In this document: positions 25,228 through 37,118 of the stretch, in pieces
Layout of the letters: every line of letters begins with the position of its first letter
Position numbering within the stretch: position 1 is the stretch's first letter
Assembly (NCBI GenBank): GCA_051362555.1
Contig: CM120643.1
Coordinates: 29,392,848 to 29,456,847 of the forward strand
From: Lingula anatina
Taxonomy: Eukaryota > Animalia > Brachiopoda
DNA length: 64,000 bases
Direction: 5' to 3'
Notes under the pieces: generated by a model
What the model was told of the DNA's origin: nothing
Database searches by the model: none
What the model saw: the letters and a program-made list of their open reading frames with translations, nothing else
Position numbers and translations under genes: made by a program

Positions 25228-27616
25228 CATATGTTGTCTGCTCTAGGGAATTTCCAGGAAAGATGGCTAACTATGTGCAGATTGGTCGCTCCGGGAGGTG
25301 ATGTGTTTCCTTGCTGTCAAAATTGAGTTGTGATGAACTTATTTGTTGAGAGTGACAGCAGCATTATGGAAAGGAAAATTGTTTTGTAATGGCTGATGCT
25401 TGTAAAAATGTTCTATTTTCTTGAGGGAGAGGGACTGTGGAGACTGGAAAAATGTATCTATCTTTGTCTGCTTGCAGAAAATTTTGTCAGCATTCTGATA
25501 GAATGACTTCCTGCCTAATAAAGAAGAAGAAAATTGAGTAGAAAGATAATTAAATGAACTACTAGTACATAAAAAGTCATATCTTGTTTGGTTTTATCTG
25601 GGTAGTGTGTCTGTGTCTAGTGTGCCTGGTGTAAGTCTCAACCCAGTGAAGATTTCACTCAATAAATATAACGTGATACCAAGTCAATGAAGATATTGGC
25701 TGGCAGACTCGGACCAAAAAAATCTGTTTTGTTTGATTGATTTCACTCAGAGAGCACCCTGAGTTTCAGGGTTTATTGAAACAGATCTCAGGGTGTTACT
25801 GGACATCACAGAGACATGCTGATGATAGAGTTAAATTTCTGGAAACTCTGTCTGAAATTCAGGGTGTTAGTGGAAATAGCAAAGGTTTACTGTTGATAAA
25901 AGTTTTTAGTAACTCTATATAACTCAGGGTACTCAGTTTTATTGAGAGCGCCTTGTCAGTGTCAGATTGATTAATTCTCCAAGTTTCCATGGTTTCCAAG
26001 GTTGCCTAAAATCCGCAACAATTCTCTCTTTCTCTCTCTGCCCATTACCCTTCACCCCCTCCTCAGATATATACCGTAGTAGTTGACTTTTTAACTGAAA
26101 TGTGATTAAAAACTGGCCTTTTTTATTTGGACCTGCAATCGAGGTAACAAACATTCCTCAGAGCTTTTTTCTATGGAACAAGGTCGTGTTAGCAGATACC
26201 AAACATTGTATACAGCTTGTAGCATTTTGTATTTGGCATTTATGTACGTCATGTTACTCTATCATTACAACTGATTTTGTACAAGTTACTGAATACAGGC
26301 AGAACCAGAGGTATTTACATTAAAAAGACTGATCAAGTAATTTTAGCCACATAATAGACATTTCTGGGATGTGCTGTTGTCAGCTGAATTTATAATATGT
26401 GAACCTGAAAGATTGATTGATTGGTTGAATGTCTGACTGACCAACCTACTGATTCATTGATTGATCAGTTGAAAGGAAATTAACAGGAAGAGATAACTGA
26501 AGTAATATTGGATGTTTTAAAATACACTACATGTTGAAGTAATAATGCAGTGTTATTATAATAGGTATATATACTTGGTCAGTATGCATTTGCTTGATTG
26601 AAGGATAATATCAATGAAATGGATGTTGGAGAGATTTGATGACTGATTTGATGACTGAGATGGTAGTGGATGTTATTGCAATGGCCATACTTTGATTTGG
26701 TTTTGGAAGAATAATAGAATACATAGCAGGGGCAGGGATGGGTTGCATATTTAGATCAAATTGGGCAGTGAACAATTCCTGTTCAAACCTCAGCAATAAT
26801 TGCAGTTTGATATGACAAGTTGCCTACTTTGATAGTATGGTCCAAAGTGTGTGCGTCTGTATGTTCTAATTGTTAACGCAAGAGCCACTTGTGAAGTAAT
26901 TTCCTGTTTGTTTTGAGAGGCCAATGAGAAAATGTATCTATAGTCTGTCTGATGGTGGGGTGCGTGCCTGCTCAGGCGATGGATTGGTCCTACATAGGCT
27001 CTGAACAGTCGTCATTTAGAACTGGGCTGATTCTAGACTGGCTGGAAACACGTCTAAATTTAGACTTTAACAGTTATCATAATGGAGTATTGTAGGAAAT
27101 GTTTTCATGTTCTCATACTTTTGTGTTAAATGATCGATTGGGGACAATAAAGTCTGGATTTTTATATGAATTTGCATGATATGGTGGTCTTATTGTTGAA
27201 ATGATGTATCGTTTGGAAGTTTTTAAATGACAAGGTGTATGTAGATTGTGGTCTTGAATTGCTTATGATTGTTCTTTACATCTCTTTTTTTTATCACCGA
27301 CTGTTAAATATATCACCCCCATCCAAGTAATTGGTCACTCCTGTTAGACAATTTGTTTTTGCTTTATATTATATATATTTATTTATTTATTTAAAAGGAT
27401 CATATGTTAGGTTTAAGACATTGTACAGTAATTAAATAATGTTATAGTATATTATTCCCCATTAATTTGAAATTGATCATAGTATATATAGAATTTAGAA
27501 TTTGAGGTAAAGTAGCTAAAAAAACATTTTCCTGGAAATTCCAATACATGTCACCAATCTCGCTCATATCAGTGTTATGATCCCTTCTTAATTAGGATGA
27601 GGTCTGGTGAGTTTAA

Positions 27617-27830
27617 GGGCGTATTCCCAGACATTTAGATCGATCTATCCCCGTGGGGAGTCCCACTAGATTACTGTCAGATAATCCGGCTTAAATGTCC
27701 GTCCCGCCTACTAGAAGCTGTAAGGGGGTAATTAACTTTTGTGCCCGCTCGGCTGACAGCTATTTAGCATGAACCCCCAGGGAGTTAGGTCGATCTAGTA
27801 TGGATCGATCTAATCTCTGGGAATGGGGTC
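27617..27830. mobile_element. PIF/Harbinger-like MITE, family 1 (body inverted)
   Basis: TAA/TTA flanks; the body is the reverse complement of 14496-14711. Confidence 0.75.
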
Positions 27831-27937
27831 TTACTCATGACAGTGAAAATTAAGAGATTAAGAGTTCAAAAACCATATTTTGATTAAGTAAAACCTCCTT
27901 GGTGATTAGAAGATAATTGCTGAAAATTTCATGTTTT

Positions 27938-29532
27938 ATTAGTACCACCAGCGTGTACGCTGGCGGTACTCATGGTTTTAGTCCCGACCCGTCTCGTACA
28001 GCTCCGCCGGCTCCGCCGGCTCCGCCGGCTCCTGCGGCTCCTGCGGCTCCTGCGGCTCCGCAGGATGACGTGGGATACGAGTCACCGTTACCGCTTCTCC
28101 TCCTAGACCGCAAGGACCTGTGTCCCCATCTCTTGGATTTAGGTCACATATAATCTCAACTTGAACCCCCAGGTTTTTTTGTCTCAGTTGGTGCATTGAC
28201 CTGGGCGTGACGCTCGTTGAAATGCACCCTTGTCAAAAATTTTGAAAATTCAATGCTAAATATCTCCCAAACCGATGGAATTATGGGAAAAATTACAACA
28301 GATGGCTGCCCAAAATTCATATGTGAGGATTTCAAATATGCCCTTGGATTTGACCTTTGACCTTTATTTCAAGGTCAAACAGGCCAAAATTTTCTAAAAA
28401 TGGGAATTTTTTGCGAGAAAATATTTATTTCAGCCGATATTTAGAAACGAAACATATCTTACCTATAATATTATGGGCAGGTGTTACCCTTAGGGTCATC
28501 TTTCATTTTCGTGAGTTTGGGGTCAATCGGTGCATTTTCATGGTAGTAGCGGCCATTAGATGCCGAAACTGAAAATTCTCTCTAATTCTGGAACCGTTAA
28601 TGCTAGAGACCTCTTGTTTTTTGCATTTTGTAGAACTTGTCAAGGGCAGCACTGGGGGTGGTGTCCATTTTTTTTGTTTTTGATACGGCTTAGGCATTGC
28701 ACTAATCAAAAAGTTCAACATCCAAAATTCAGTGGTGAAAATAAAATGTGAATTACTCAAAAATTAGCAGAGATAAGCCCTTAGTTACTATTGAACTTGA
28801 ATAGGAAGTCATATACTGATAATCTAACTGTGACCTTGAAATTGACCTTTGACCTACTTTTCACCATGAACTGAACTTTGCAAAAATTATCTCCCTTATA
28901 TCTCGAAAACTGGCAGAGATACACCCATAGTTACTATTGAACCTGAACAGGAAGTCATATACTGGCAATCTAACTGTGACCTTGAAATTAACCTTTGACC
29001 TACTTTTTATGATGAACTATACTTTGCATGTTTTCTGGCCTCTTTATCTCCAAAATTAGCAAGGAGATACCCATAGTTACTATTTAACTTGAATAGGAAA
29101 TCATATACCATGAACTGACCTTTGCATATTTTCTTGCCCCTCATATCTTCAAAACTAGCAGAGATATGCTCAGTGTTGCCCTTACGTTTTCTCTTTTGTC
29201 AGCATATATGCAACACTGATAACACATTTCAAGGAAAACCAATAGGCCTATTGTCTAGAAAATCACAGGAGTGATCAATGTTAGGAAAATACAGGCCAAT
29301 TGGAAAATCCGCTTGATTGGACCATTTTTATGTTATGTTTTTTCTTTCTTTTTTTTTTTGCATATTTTGAAAATTCTTGTTTATTGCATAGAGCTTGTCA
29401 AGGACAAGACTGGTTGTGGTGTCCCTTTTTTTTTTTTTTTTTTTGGGGGGGCGGGGGTGGTTCCATTCAAATGCGCTTACTCCAGCTGGTGGTACAATAT
29501 CCGGAGGCGGTATCGCCTCTCTGATCCTCTAG
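27938..29532 (+). mobile_element. Helentron-type element, second copy with a short satellite array
   Basis: 5' hairpin AGTACCACCAGCG-TGTA-CGCTGGCGGTACT, (GCTCCGCCG/GCTCCTGCG)n at 28001-28060, 2-3 diverged satellite units, subTIR GCTGGTGGTACAAT, palindrome GAGGCG-GTAT-CGCCTC and terminal CTAG followed by TTTT. Confidence 0.85.
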
Positions 29533-31218
29533 TTTTATTAATTTGTTTATTTAATTTTGCAAGGCATGCGTTTCATTTTTATCAGATATTCATCAATTAT
29601 AAAGTCACTGGCAACACATCAAAGGTTTTTTATTTGCTTCACAAATTGAGTCTGGGAAGGATCTCTTGGTGGTTTATGGCCTTTCCATCGACATTGTGTT
29701 CATCAAGCCTTGCTGGCTGGATGTGGTTTTCCAAGAATTCCTGCAGAAGCGTTTTGCCGTCAACATAAAAGTTCTGATTGTGTGTGTCTTGGTTTTTATT
29801 CCTTCCGACAGCATGAATCTGAGAGGGACTAATGAAGCTTAAGGCTTGCAAATTGTTCACAGAAATATGGCAGGAAGAAGGCATTTGGACTTTTCTCAAA
29901 ATAAAGGGCATTTGTAATTGTGTTGCTCTCTTCTGTTGACTTTGATTGAAACATATTCACTTATAGTTCCTATGGTATTGCATCTGACTTTCAGTTAAGT
30001 TGCTACAAATTCTTGGAAGTTTGATTTTTTAAAAGCTTTTAAGATAAGATTATTTAGTGGATTGTTACAAATGATAATAAAATGTTGTAATTTACAAACT
30101 TATGAGAAGTGGCCTTGGATCTTACCTTTATTTATTTTGACTTGAATCATTTTGTGACGCAGCTAGCAGGCTCCAGACATCATTTAGTTTGGAAGGAGCA
30201 TACACTATACTAATGGATAATAAGCTGATGCCAGTAGAACAGTGGATGACATTTTAAATTAAAAAAAAAATGAAATTAAGAGGAGTACATGTTTACATTT
30301 CATAAGCATTTTAGCAAAAATGATGGAGAAAACAAAAGTGGTGACCAACAACAAGTAATGAGTCAAATGACAGTCTGGCCAGGGACATTTGTCCCATCTT
30401 TTTCATTCAGGATATAAAGGACAGAATCTATTAGTAGACATTTGATCACACTTCCAGTGCTTTTTCAGTATGTCATCACTAGTATCAGTGTATATCATAA
30501 GTGATATTCCTGGGAGTGCTTTTCAGGCAATGAAGAAACCCTGAGAAGAAGTAGAGGTTAAATAATGAAATGTATGCATATATGCCATATTATTAATATA
30601 TACATCCTACTAAGTGAGTGAACAGAAGAAGAAAATAAAATTGAAAATAAAATTGAAAAAATGTGCCCTTTAATGTCCCCTTAAAGGGCCCCATAGATTG
30701 AATCTCTGCCAAAGCTGAATAGAAGCACGTTGCCTATAAATAGCCATAGACCTAGATCAGAGAGAGGAATGGCGCTATATTGATTGAACAAGAGGTACTC
30801 GAAGGGGTGCTTTTGTATTAGAGTAGGTTATGTCTGAGGCTCCTAAAGGGTCTGTTGTTATATTGGGGTTCTGAAAGGAGGGTCCAGGTGTGGGACTTGA
30901 ATTGACTCTGAAAAGATTTGGAAACATTTCATAAAGAATCTCAAGTTTTTATATTAAACTTAGACTGCTAAGTCCTGTCAATTAGATAAAGTGTGTAGAT
31001 GTCTAAAACTGAAAGCAATATTTTTTCTGATTTTTGCTGAAATAAGCATCAGGAAAGAGTTGTTACTGTATTTTGTTTTATACTTCAAAGTTGTAAGTAA
31101 GGATTTACTGTAATGCTGCAACATAATATTGTGTAGTACCTTCTTAATTCATTCCATTTTTTAATAAAATATCAGATATCACATTTATCATACTTAAATT
31201 GTCATAATTATCATGTTA

Positions 31219-32044
31219 ATTGTTATAATTTCAGAGGATGTGCTTACAGAGGATAAGGGGGAATGTGTAATATGTTTATTGTTATATTTTCAGGGGATGT
31301 GCTTACAGAGGATAAGGGGGAATGTGTAATATGTTTATTGTTATATTTTCAGGGGATGTGCTAACAGAGGATAAGGGAGAATGTGTAATATGTTTATTGT
31401 TATATTTTCAGGGGATGTGCTTACAAAGGATAAAGGAGAATGTAGAATATGTTTATCGTTATATTTTCAGAGGATGTGCTTACAGAGGATAAGCGGGAAT
31501 GTGCAATATGTTTATTGTTATATTTTCAGAGGATGTGCTTACAGAGGATAAGGGGGAATGTGTAATATGTTTATTGTTATATTTTCAGAGGATGTGCTTA
31601 CAGAAGATAAGGGGGAATGTGTTATATGTTTATTGTTATATTTTCAGAGGATGTGCTAACAGAGGATAAGGGAGAATGTGAAATATGTTTATTGTTATAT
31701 TTTCAGAGGATGTGCTAACAGAGGATAAGGGAGAATGTGAAATATGTTTATTGTTATATTTTCAGAGGATGTGCTAACAGAGGATAAGGGAGAATGTGTA
31801 ATATGTTTATTGTTATATTTTCAGAGGATGTGCTAACAGAGGATAAGGGAGAATGTGAAATATGTTTATTGTTATATTTTCAGAGGATGTGCTAACAGAG
31901 GATAAGGGAGAATGTGTAATATGTTTATTGTTATATTTTCAGAGGATGTGCTAACAGAGGATAAGGGGGAATGTGTAATATGTTTATTGTTACATTTTCA
32001 GAGGATGTGCTTACAGAGGATAAGGGGGAATGTGTAATATGTTT
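31219..32044 (+). repeat. Tandem array of a 3' splice site, 14 x 59 bp (attgttatattttcag|AGGATGTGCTTACAGAGGATAAGGGGGAATGTGTAATATGTTT)
   Basis: Acceptor AGs end at 31234 + 59n (n = 0-13), the last at 32001. Each unit is 16 nt of intron plus the first 43 nt of ZNRF exon 3. Confidence 0.97.
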
Positions 32045-32107
32045 TGAGGACCTCCAGCAGGGTGACACTATTGCCCGCCTTCCTTGTCTTTGTGTATATC
32101 ATAAACC
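32002..32107 (+). CDS. ZNRF2: ZNRF1/2-like, exon 3 (first part of RING-H2)
   Basis: Encodes (E)DVLTEDKGECVICFEDLQQGDTIARLPCLCVYHK(P); GTGAGT donor at 32108. Confidence 0.96.
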
Positions 32108-33736
32108 GTGAGTATTTCATGAAGTCACTTATATATATAATATATTTGAGTTTTCACTGCAGAAATAAGAATGGAAAAATTTTTTGAAACTTCTGCTAAA
32201 ATTTACAGTATTTTTGGACTGATAAATATAACATTGGGAATGGGCTCTAACACCAAATTCTAGTTGTCCTTTGCACCAGGTCAGTGACATGATAGAAATA
32301 ATAGACTGATCTCATTAAAAAAAAAACAAATTATATCAAAATTTTAACATTCTGTACATAAGTGTGAGCAAAGAAAGTGTTGGTTACTGTTGTACTAGTA
32401 AAATCTGGACCAAAACAGGTTTAAGACTGACTTTGTCTTAACATGGCTTTTGTTCATTGATTCGATCTCATCAGAATGTCCCAGTTGGGAAAATCTTTGT
32501 TAGTAAACTCTAAAAATGACCACAAAATATTTTGTGTAAACTTAAGTTTTCTAAAAGTTCCTAAGCAGAGTTATTCAGTCTATACAATCAGAAGTGGAAA
32601 GAGATTGTATCAATAAAAATGCCAAACAGACGCTATTTATTGTTCATCTTTGGGTAAATAATTAAGACGCTAACTTGGGCTGACTGTAGCTTGTATAGTG
32701 CCCCAGGCCAGTAGACTTATTGATAAGTTCTGTTGTGTCTGTCTTCTGGTAATAAATAGATATTACTCCCCACAGAATTCAACTGAAGTTACAATGACCT
32801 GTGTGAATGGAAGCCCAGTATAATTCAATATGGTCCTCTAGGTGCTTGTTTTAGACAAAAAGATTTTTAAGTGCAGTTGTCCTGTTTCAGGCACATTCTT
32901 GATTGTGCATCAATGAGAGTTTGCTTTAAATATAAATATTTTATCAATACAATGTGCCTGAAAAAATATTGTGCATCTGTATCTCTTGCTGCAGTCCACA
33001 TATTTTATGATTTCCCTGGTGACCCACCTTCTCAGGACATCATTTTAAAAACTTCTATCTGATAGTCCCAAACTGGCAGTTTTAGCAGGTTATTGGCATC
33101 CTACTTCGATTTGGGTCACTTCTGTCTCATCCGGGAGACTGCAAACTGAATTTGTATTGGAACCAACAGGTTTCTCAGTAGTGGGCTCATTTTGATAAGA
33201 AATATTTATATTAAGTTTGGAAAGAAGTGTAGTTATAACCAGCCTATGTGCTAAAGGTATCATGGCACATACAGCAAGTCCAACTGCCTGCCCCCCTCTC
33301 CTCCCTCCCCCAGTCTTCAAATTGTACATAAAGCTCTGTTAACACTCCTCCTCAGTACCAGTGTGACCAATGTTTTTATATGATGGTGTTTGATCACACA
33401 TAATCTCTTTCTGAACCTACCAGATATTGGAAGCTGTGAGTGAATAATTTCTATTTGTATTTACCGGTTTTTGCAGTCAGTCGGTTAATTTTCAATGGTG
33501 CAGTTTTTATGAAAAGGCATCATAGTCTCAACGGTGATACTTAAATGTTCTTGATTTAAAATATTCTTTCTGAATACACTAACAATGTTTTTTTTTACCT
33601 TTAAGGCTTTAAATATCAACCCTTCATCTAAGGGCCTTGTTTACACGACTCTTTAGAAACCATCTACTTTTTAACCATCATCACACAGAAGACCATGAAA
33701 AATCTTTTTTATCTAGTTTCTTTTTCTTTCTTTCAG

Positions 33737-33794
33737 GTGCATCGATCAGTGGTTTGATGTAAATAGGTCCTGCCCTGAGCACCCCATTGATTAG
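33737..33794 (+). CDS. ZNRF2: ZNRF1/2-like, exon 4 (end of RING-H2, stop codon)
   Basis: Long pyrimidine tract and tttcag acceptor; encodes CIDQWFDVNRSCPEHPID-TAG. AATAAA at 34063. Confidence 0.96.
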
Positions 33795-33795
33795 G

Positions 33796-33947
33796 ACACA
33801 GTGTCACAACCGACTGTTTGTCACACCTGACACATTTACCATAGTCATGTGACAGTGAACACAATATATCACAACCAGTTGTCTGTCACACCTAACACAA
33901 TGACCACAGTCAGGTGACAGTGAACACAATGTCACAACTAACACAAT
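33796..33947 (+). repeat. Degenerate tandem repeat (about 2.3 copies of about 64 bp) at the start of the ZNRF 3' UTR
   Basis: ACACA..TCACAACC....TGTCACACCT.ACACA...ACCA.AGTCA.GTGACAGTGA occurs twice plus a partial third copy. Confidence 0.7.
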
Positions 33948-36869
33948 TATGATGATGTGCCAGAGGATACCAGTCGGCTCATCATTATAGTGATAAGAGA
34001 ATACAGGATTTTCCTACATGGAAGAAAACTTTGCCACCAATTAACAAGTGGTTGTAGATAGTAATAAAAGAACTCATTTTCATGATAATAATGTTCATAA
34101 GCATATTTTATTTATAAACTGACACTGTTGTTGTACAGGAGAGCTAAGTCATCATGTTAATCATAAAATGATGTAAGGTTATGTATTTTTACTAAGTAAG
34201 CATTAATTACCACTCCATGCTCTAAGAGCAGCAGTCCTGTCAATCCTCGTCTCTCACACTTCCTGAACATACAAACTCCTGGTTATTTTTGCAGCATGAA
34301 TAAGCTTTGAATTGATTTACAACAAAGCATTGAAATGCCAAGGGTACCCTGGAAATCTCAGTTGGGAAAAAAGCTGAGAATGTTAAATGTATAGTGAATT
34401 CCTTGTCTTATGAAGGTGCCATTTGCCAGTGAGATGTTGTTTTCAGAGAGAAAGTTGCCAGACCACTAATGTTTTCTAACATGATGATGATGATATGCTG
34501 TGTCGCATTTGGAAGACTTTGGAAGACTTGTACACAATCCACCTGAAAAAAGGAGACATTCTTTCGTATGTTTCTGTGTGGAGCACTTTGTATTTTAAAA
34601 AATATTTAAAGGCAATTTCATGTTGAAGGGTTGCCAAGAACTGAATAATTCCAAGGAATATTGCAGTTGGAGTCTGGACGAGTTTCTTGAAGAATATTTG
34701 GATGTATGGCATAAGACAGATAGAATTCTTGTGGATTTTCCATGCACAGAAATCTTTGGGTGAAAAAAGGGAACATTTTCAGACTGGCTTGGGAGTTACA
34801 CAGAATGTATTAATTCCTTGGAGACATTAACTTGGGATGTTACACAATAAAGACTGATCATCACAATGGCAAAGAAACCTTGCAATTTTCTCAGGAATTA
34901 ACAGCGTGGATGCTGAATCAGTCATAGGAAAGGAAGAGAATTTTGATGAATGGAGTTGTTGATCTAAGCTAGTATTGCACTGACATGACTGCAATTTCTG
35001 AGATAAATGGACTTGGACCAAAATGATGAGCATGAAAGGGTTCTTTTGTGAAAAGGAAGGGGTAAAATTGCCAATCATTTTTAAAATGTTTTTCTTTTTA
35101 ATTCCATACTGCTCAAGATGACATGCTGTTTCATTTGAGATACGGTGATTGCAAGCTACAGAGTACTGAAAAATTAATCTTAATTCGTAACAAAATAGGA
35201 AAGCATGTGTTTCAGGGTTTACAGTAAACACTTGCATGTCATTTTTGCCAGGTGGGAATAATTTGCTAGCTTTATATATTGAAAGCATATATCAGAGTAG
35301 CAGGTAAAACTTTGAAATTTAGGGTGAAAAGTAAGATAAACATGAATGAAAAAATAATATTGCTTCAGTAAATTAGTTGATTTGAAAATCCATATTGCCT
35401 TAATTACTGCCACAGTTAAAGTTGGGTGTACAAAATTGACGTGCTCTCAGGTGCACATCATTACGTCAAAGCAGAGTGGGTGCCATTGCCATGGAAACAA
35501 GCCTGTTTGACGTTAACCTTAAACCGGCACATCTGTCAATAGAGCTAGTATTTACAGAGGATCTCGAGCCATTTTTTAAAATTCTGACACGGTTTCTGTA
35601 CGATAGTGATGTGGTTTTAGGAAATTGGTATTGGGGTGCAAAAAGTGGAGGGCCAAGTCTCTTACGGGAGATGTTTTTTGTAACGCCTTTTTGATACGTT
35701 AGAGTGATCTGGTTCTAAATCTCCAGATATTGATAAATACATTGACGTATAGCGTGGTAAGTCATTGGCGGCAAATGTTACATTTTGATAGCGATTCAGA
35801 CCATTTTTATTTGGTTGAAAACTTTGACCCTACGGGTGTGTAATAGTCGAAACTAGACTCGGTTAGTTGAAAGATATCAGCATTATTAATTAGCACTTTC
35901 AGATCAACTTTGGTTTGCCACATTTTACTTAAATGCCAATTTCTTTCTTTATTCCGAAGTTGATGCCAAATTGATGCGGTTCATAATTGCAGCCCAAACC
36001 ATGTTACTGTGAAATTTGTCCAGGTTGGCGAAACCTTGGCGACATTAAGGTGAACACTAGTTATTAATATTTAGCAGAGTCCATCACATTAACATGATTG
36101 AAAACATTTAGTTATGTATTTGAATTTATATTTGAGTTATATTTATGCTATGGGAAATTACTTTAATTTAGTAATTGGTGCTTGAGTTGGTTTTGGGAGT
36201 CTGGCGTTCATAAATTGAACTTCATGGCGTCTGTAAATTTGGCGCATGTTGTAAAATTTTATCTGAAAGACATTAACACCAACAGGGATATGGCACAGCA
36301 AAAAAGTACCAATCTTTGAAAATCCTGGGCGAAGGTGGTTGAATTTGATAGGCGGTCATTGTACGTTTGGGACACATCGGCGTTTCCGTAACTACACTTT
36401 GAGCAGATAGATACGGAATCGGCCGAAGGTCGCAATTGTGTTTTGCCCGCCATGTCACCGCTACCACAATCGTAGATTGCCTTGGCAATGTCATGTGGCC
36501 TATTGTCCTGCTGACATATTAAACATATTGCGTCGAGTAACAGTTTTAAGTTTGACTGGTATACAATATAATCGCTTCTCTGGTCAATCAAATTGATTAC
36601 CCAGGAGCTTAAACGTCTGTAGTAATTTCTGTGAGGATGGAGCGTACACCAAGTATTGTTCTGGGTTCAACAGAAAGCAAAAAACACATTTAAAACTTTT
36701 TCTCTGACGCGGCTGAATGTAAGAAATTGGGCAGGTGACAAATTTGTGATAAGTTTGTGAAAATATTTGTCAAAGCTCATGCTCAATCTTGGATCGAAAA
36801 TAAATCCAGCTTACATTATGTTGTAAAGGTATCTGTAATTCCGTCTGGTTCACAAGATGGATATATTTA

Positions 36870-37118
36870 GACTGGGTTTCCATACCTTGATTGTTCTAAC
36901 AGGATCGGTCCATCTCCAAGGATTTTTGTCTCTAAATTGCTTTCGGCTGAAGCGGTTTAGATGTCTGGCAAGCCTACTAAACGATAGTTAATTACCCCCT
37001 ATAAGCTTCAGTAGGCGTGTCAGACATCTAAGCCGCTTAAGTTGATTGTAATTTAGCGAGAATCCCCTTGGAGATAGTTCGCCCCAAAGATAGTACAATG
37101 TGGTCTGGGAACTGTCTC
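36870..37118. mobile_element. PIF/Harbinger-like MITE, family 2 (reverse orientation)
   Basis: Reverse complement of 24970-25227 with TTA flanks. Confidence 0.7.

Noticed and set aside
27917-28196. Pro/Ala-rich and QEP-repeat ORFs
   Set aside because: They are translations of the Helentron 9-bp microsatellite.
36290-36345. KYQSLKILGEGG resembling a kinase glycine-rich loop
   Set aside because: A stop codon follows immediately and no further kinase subdomains are visible.
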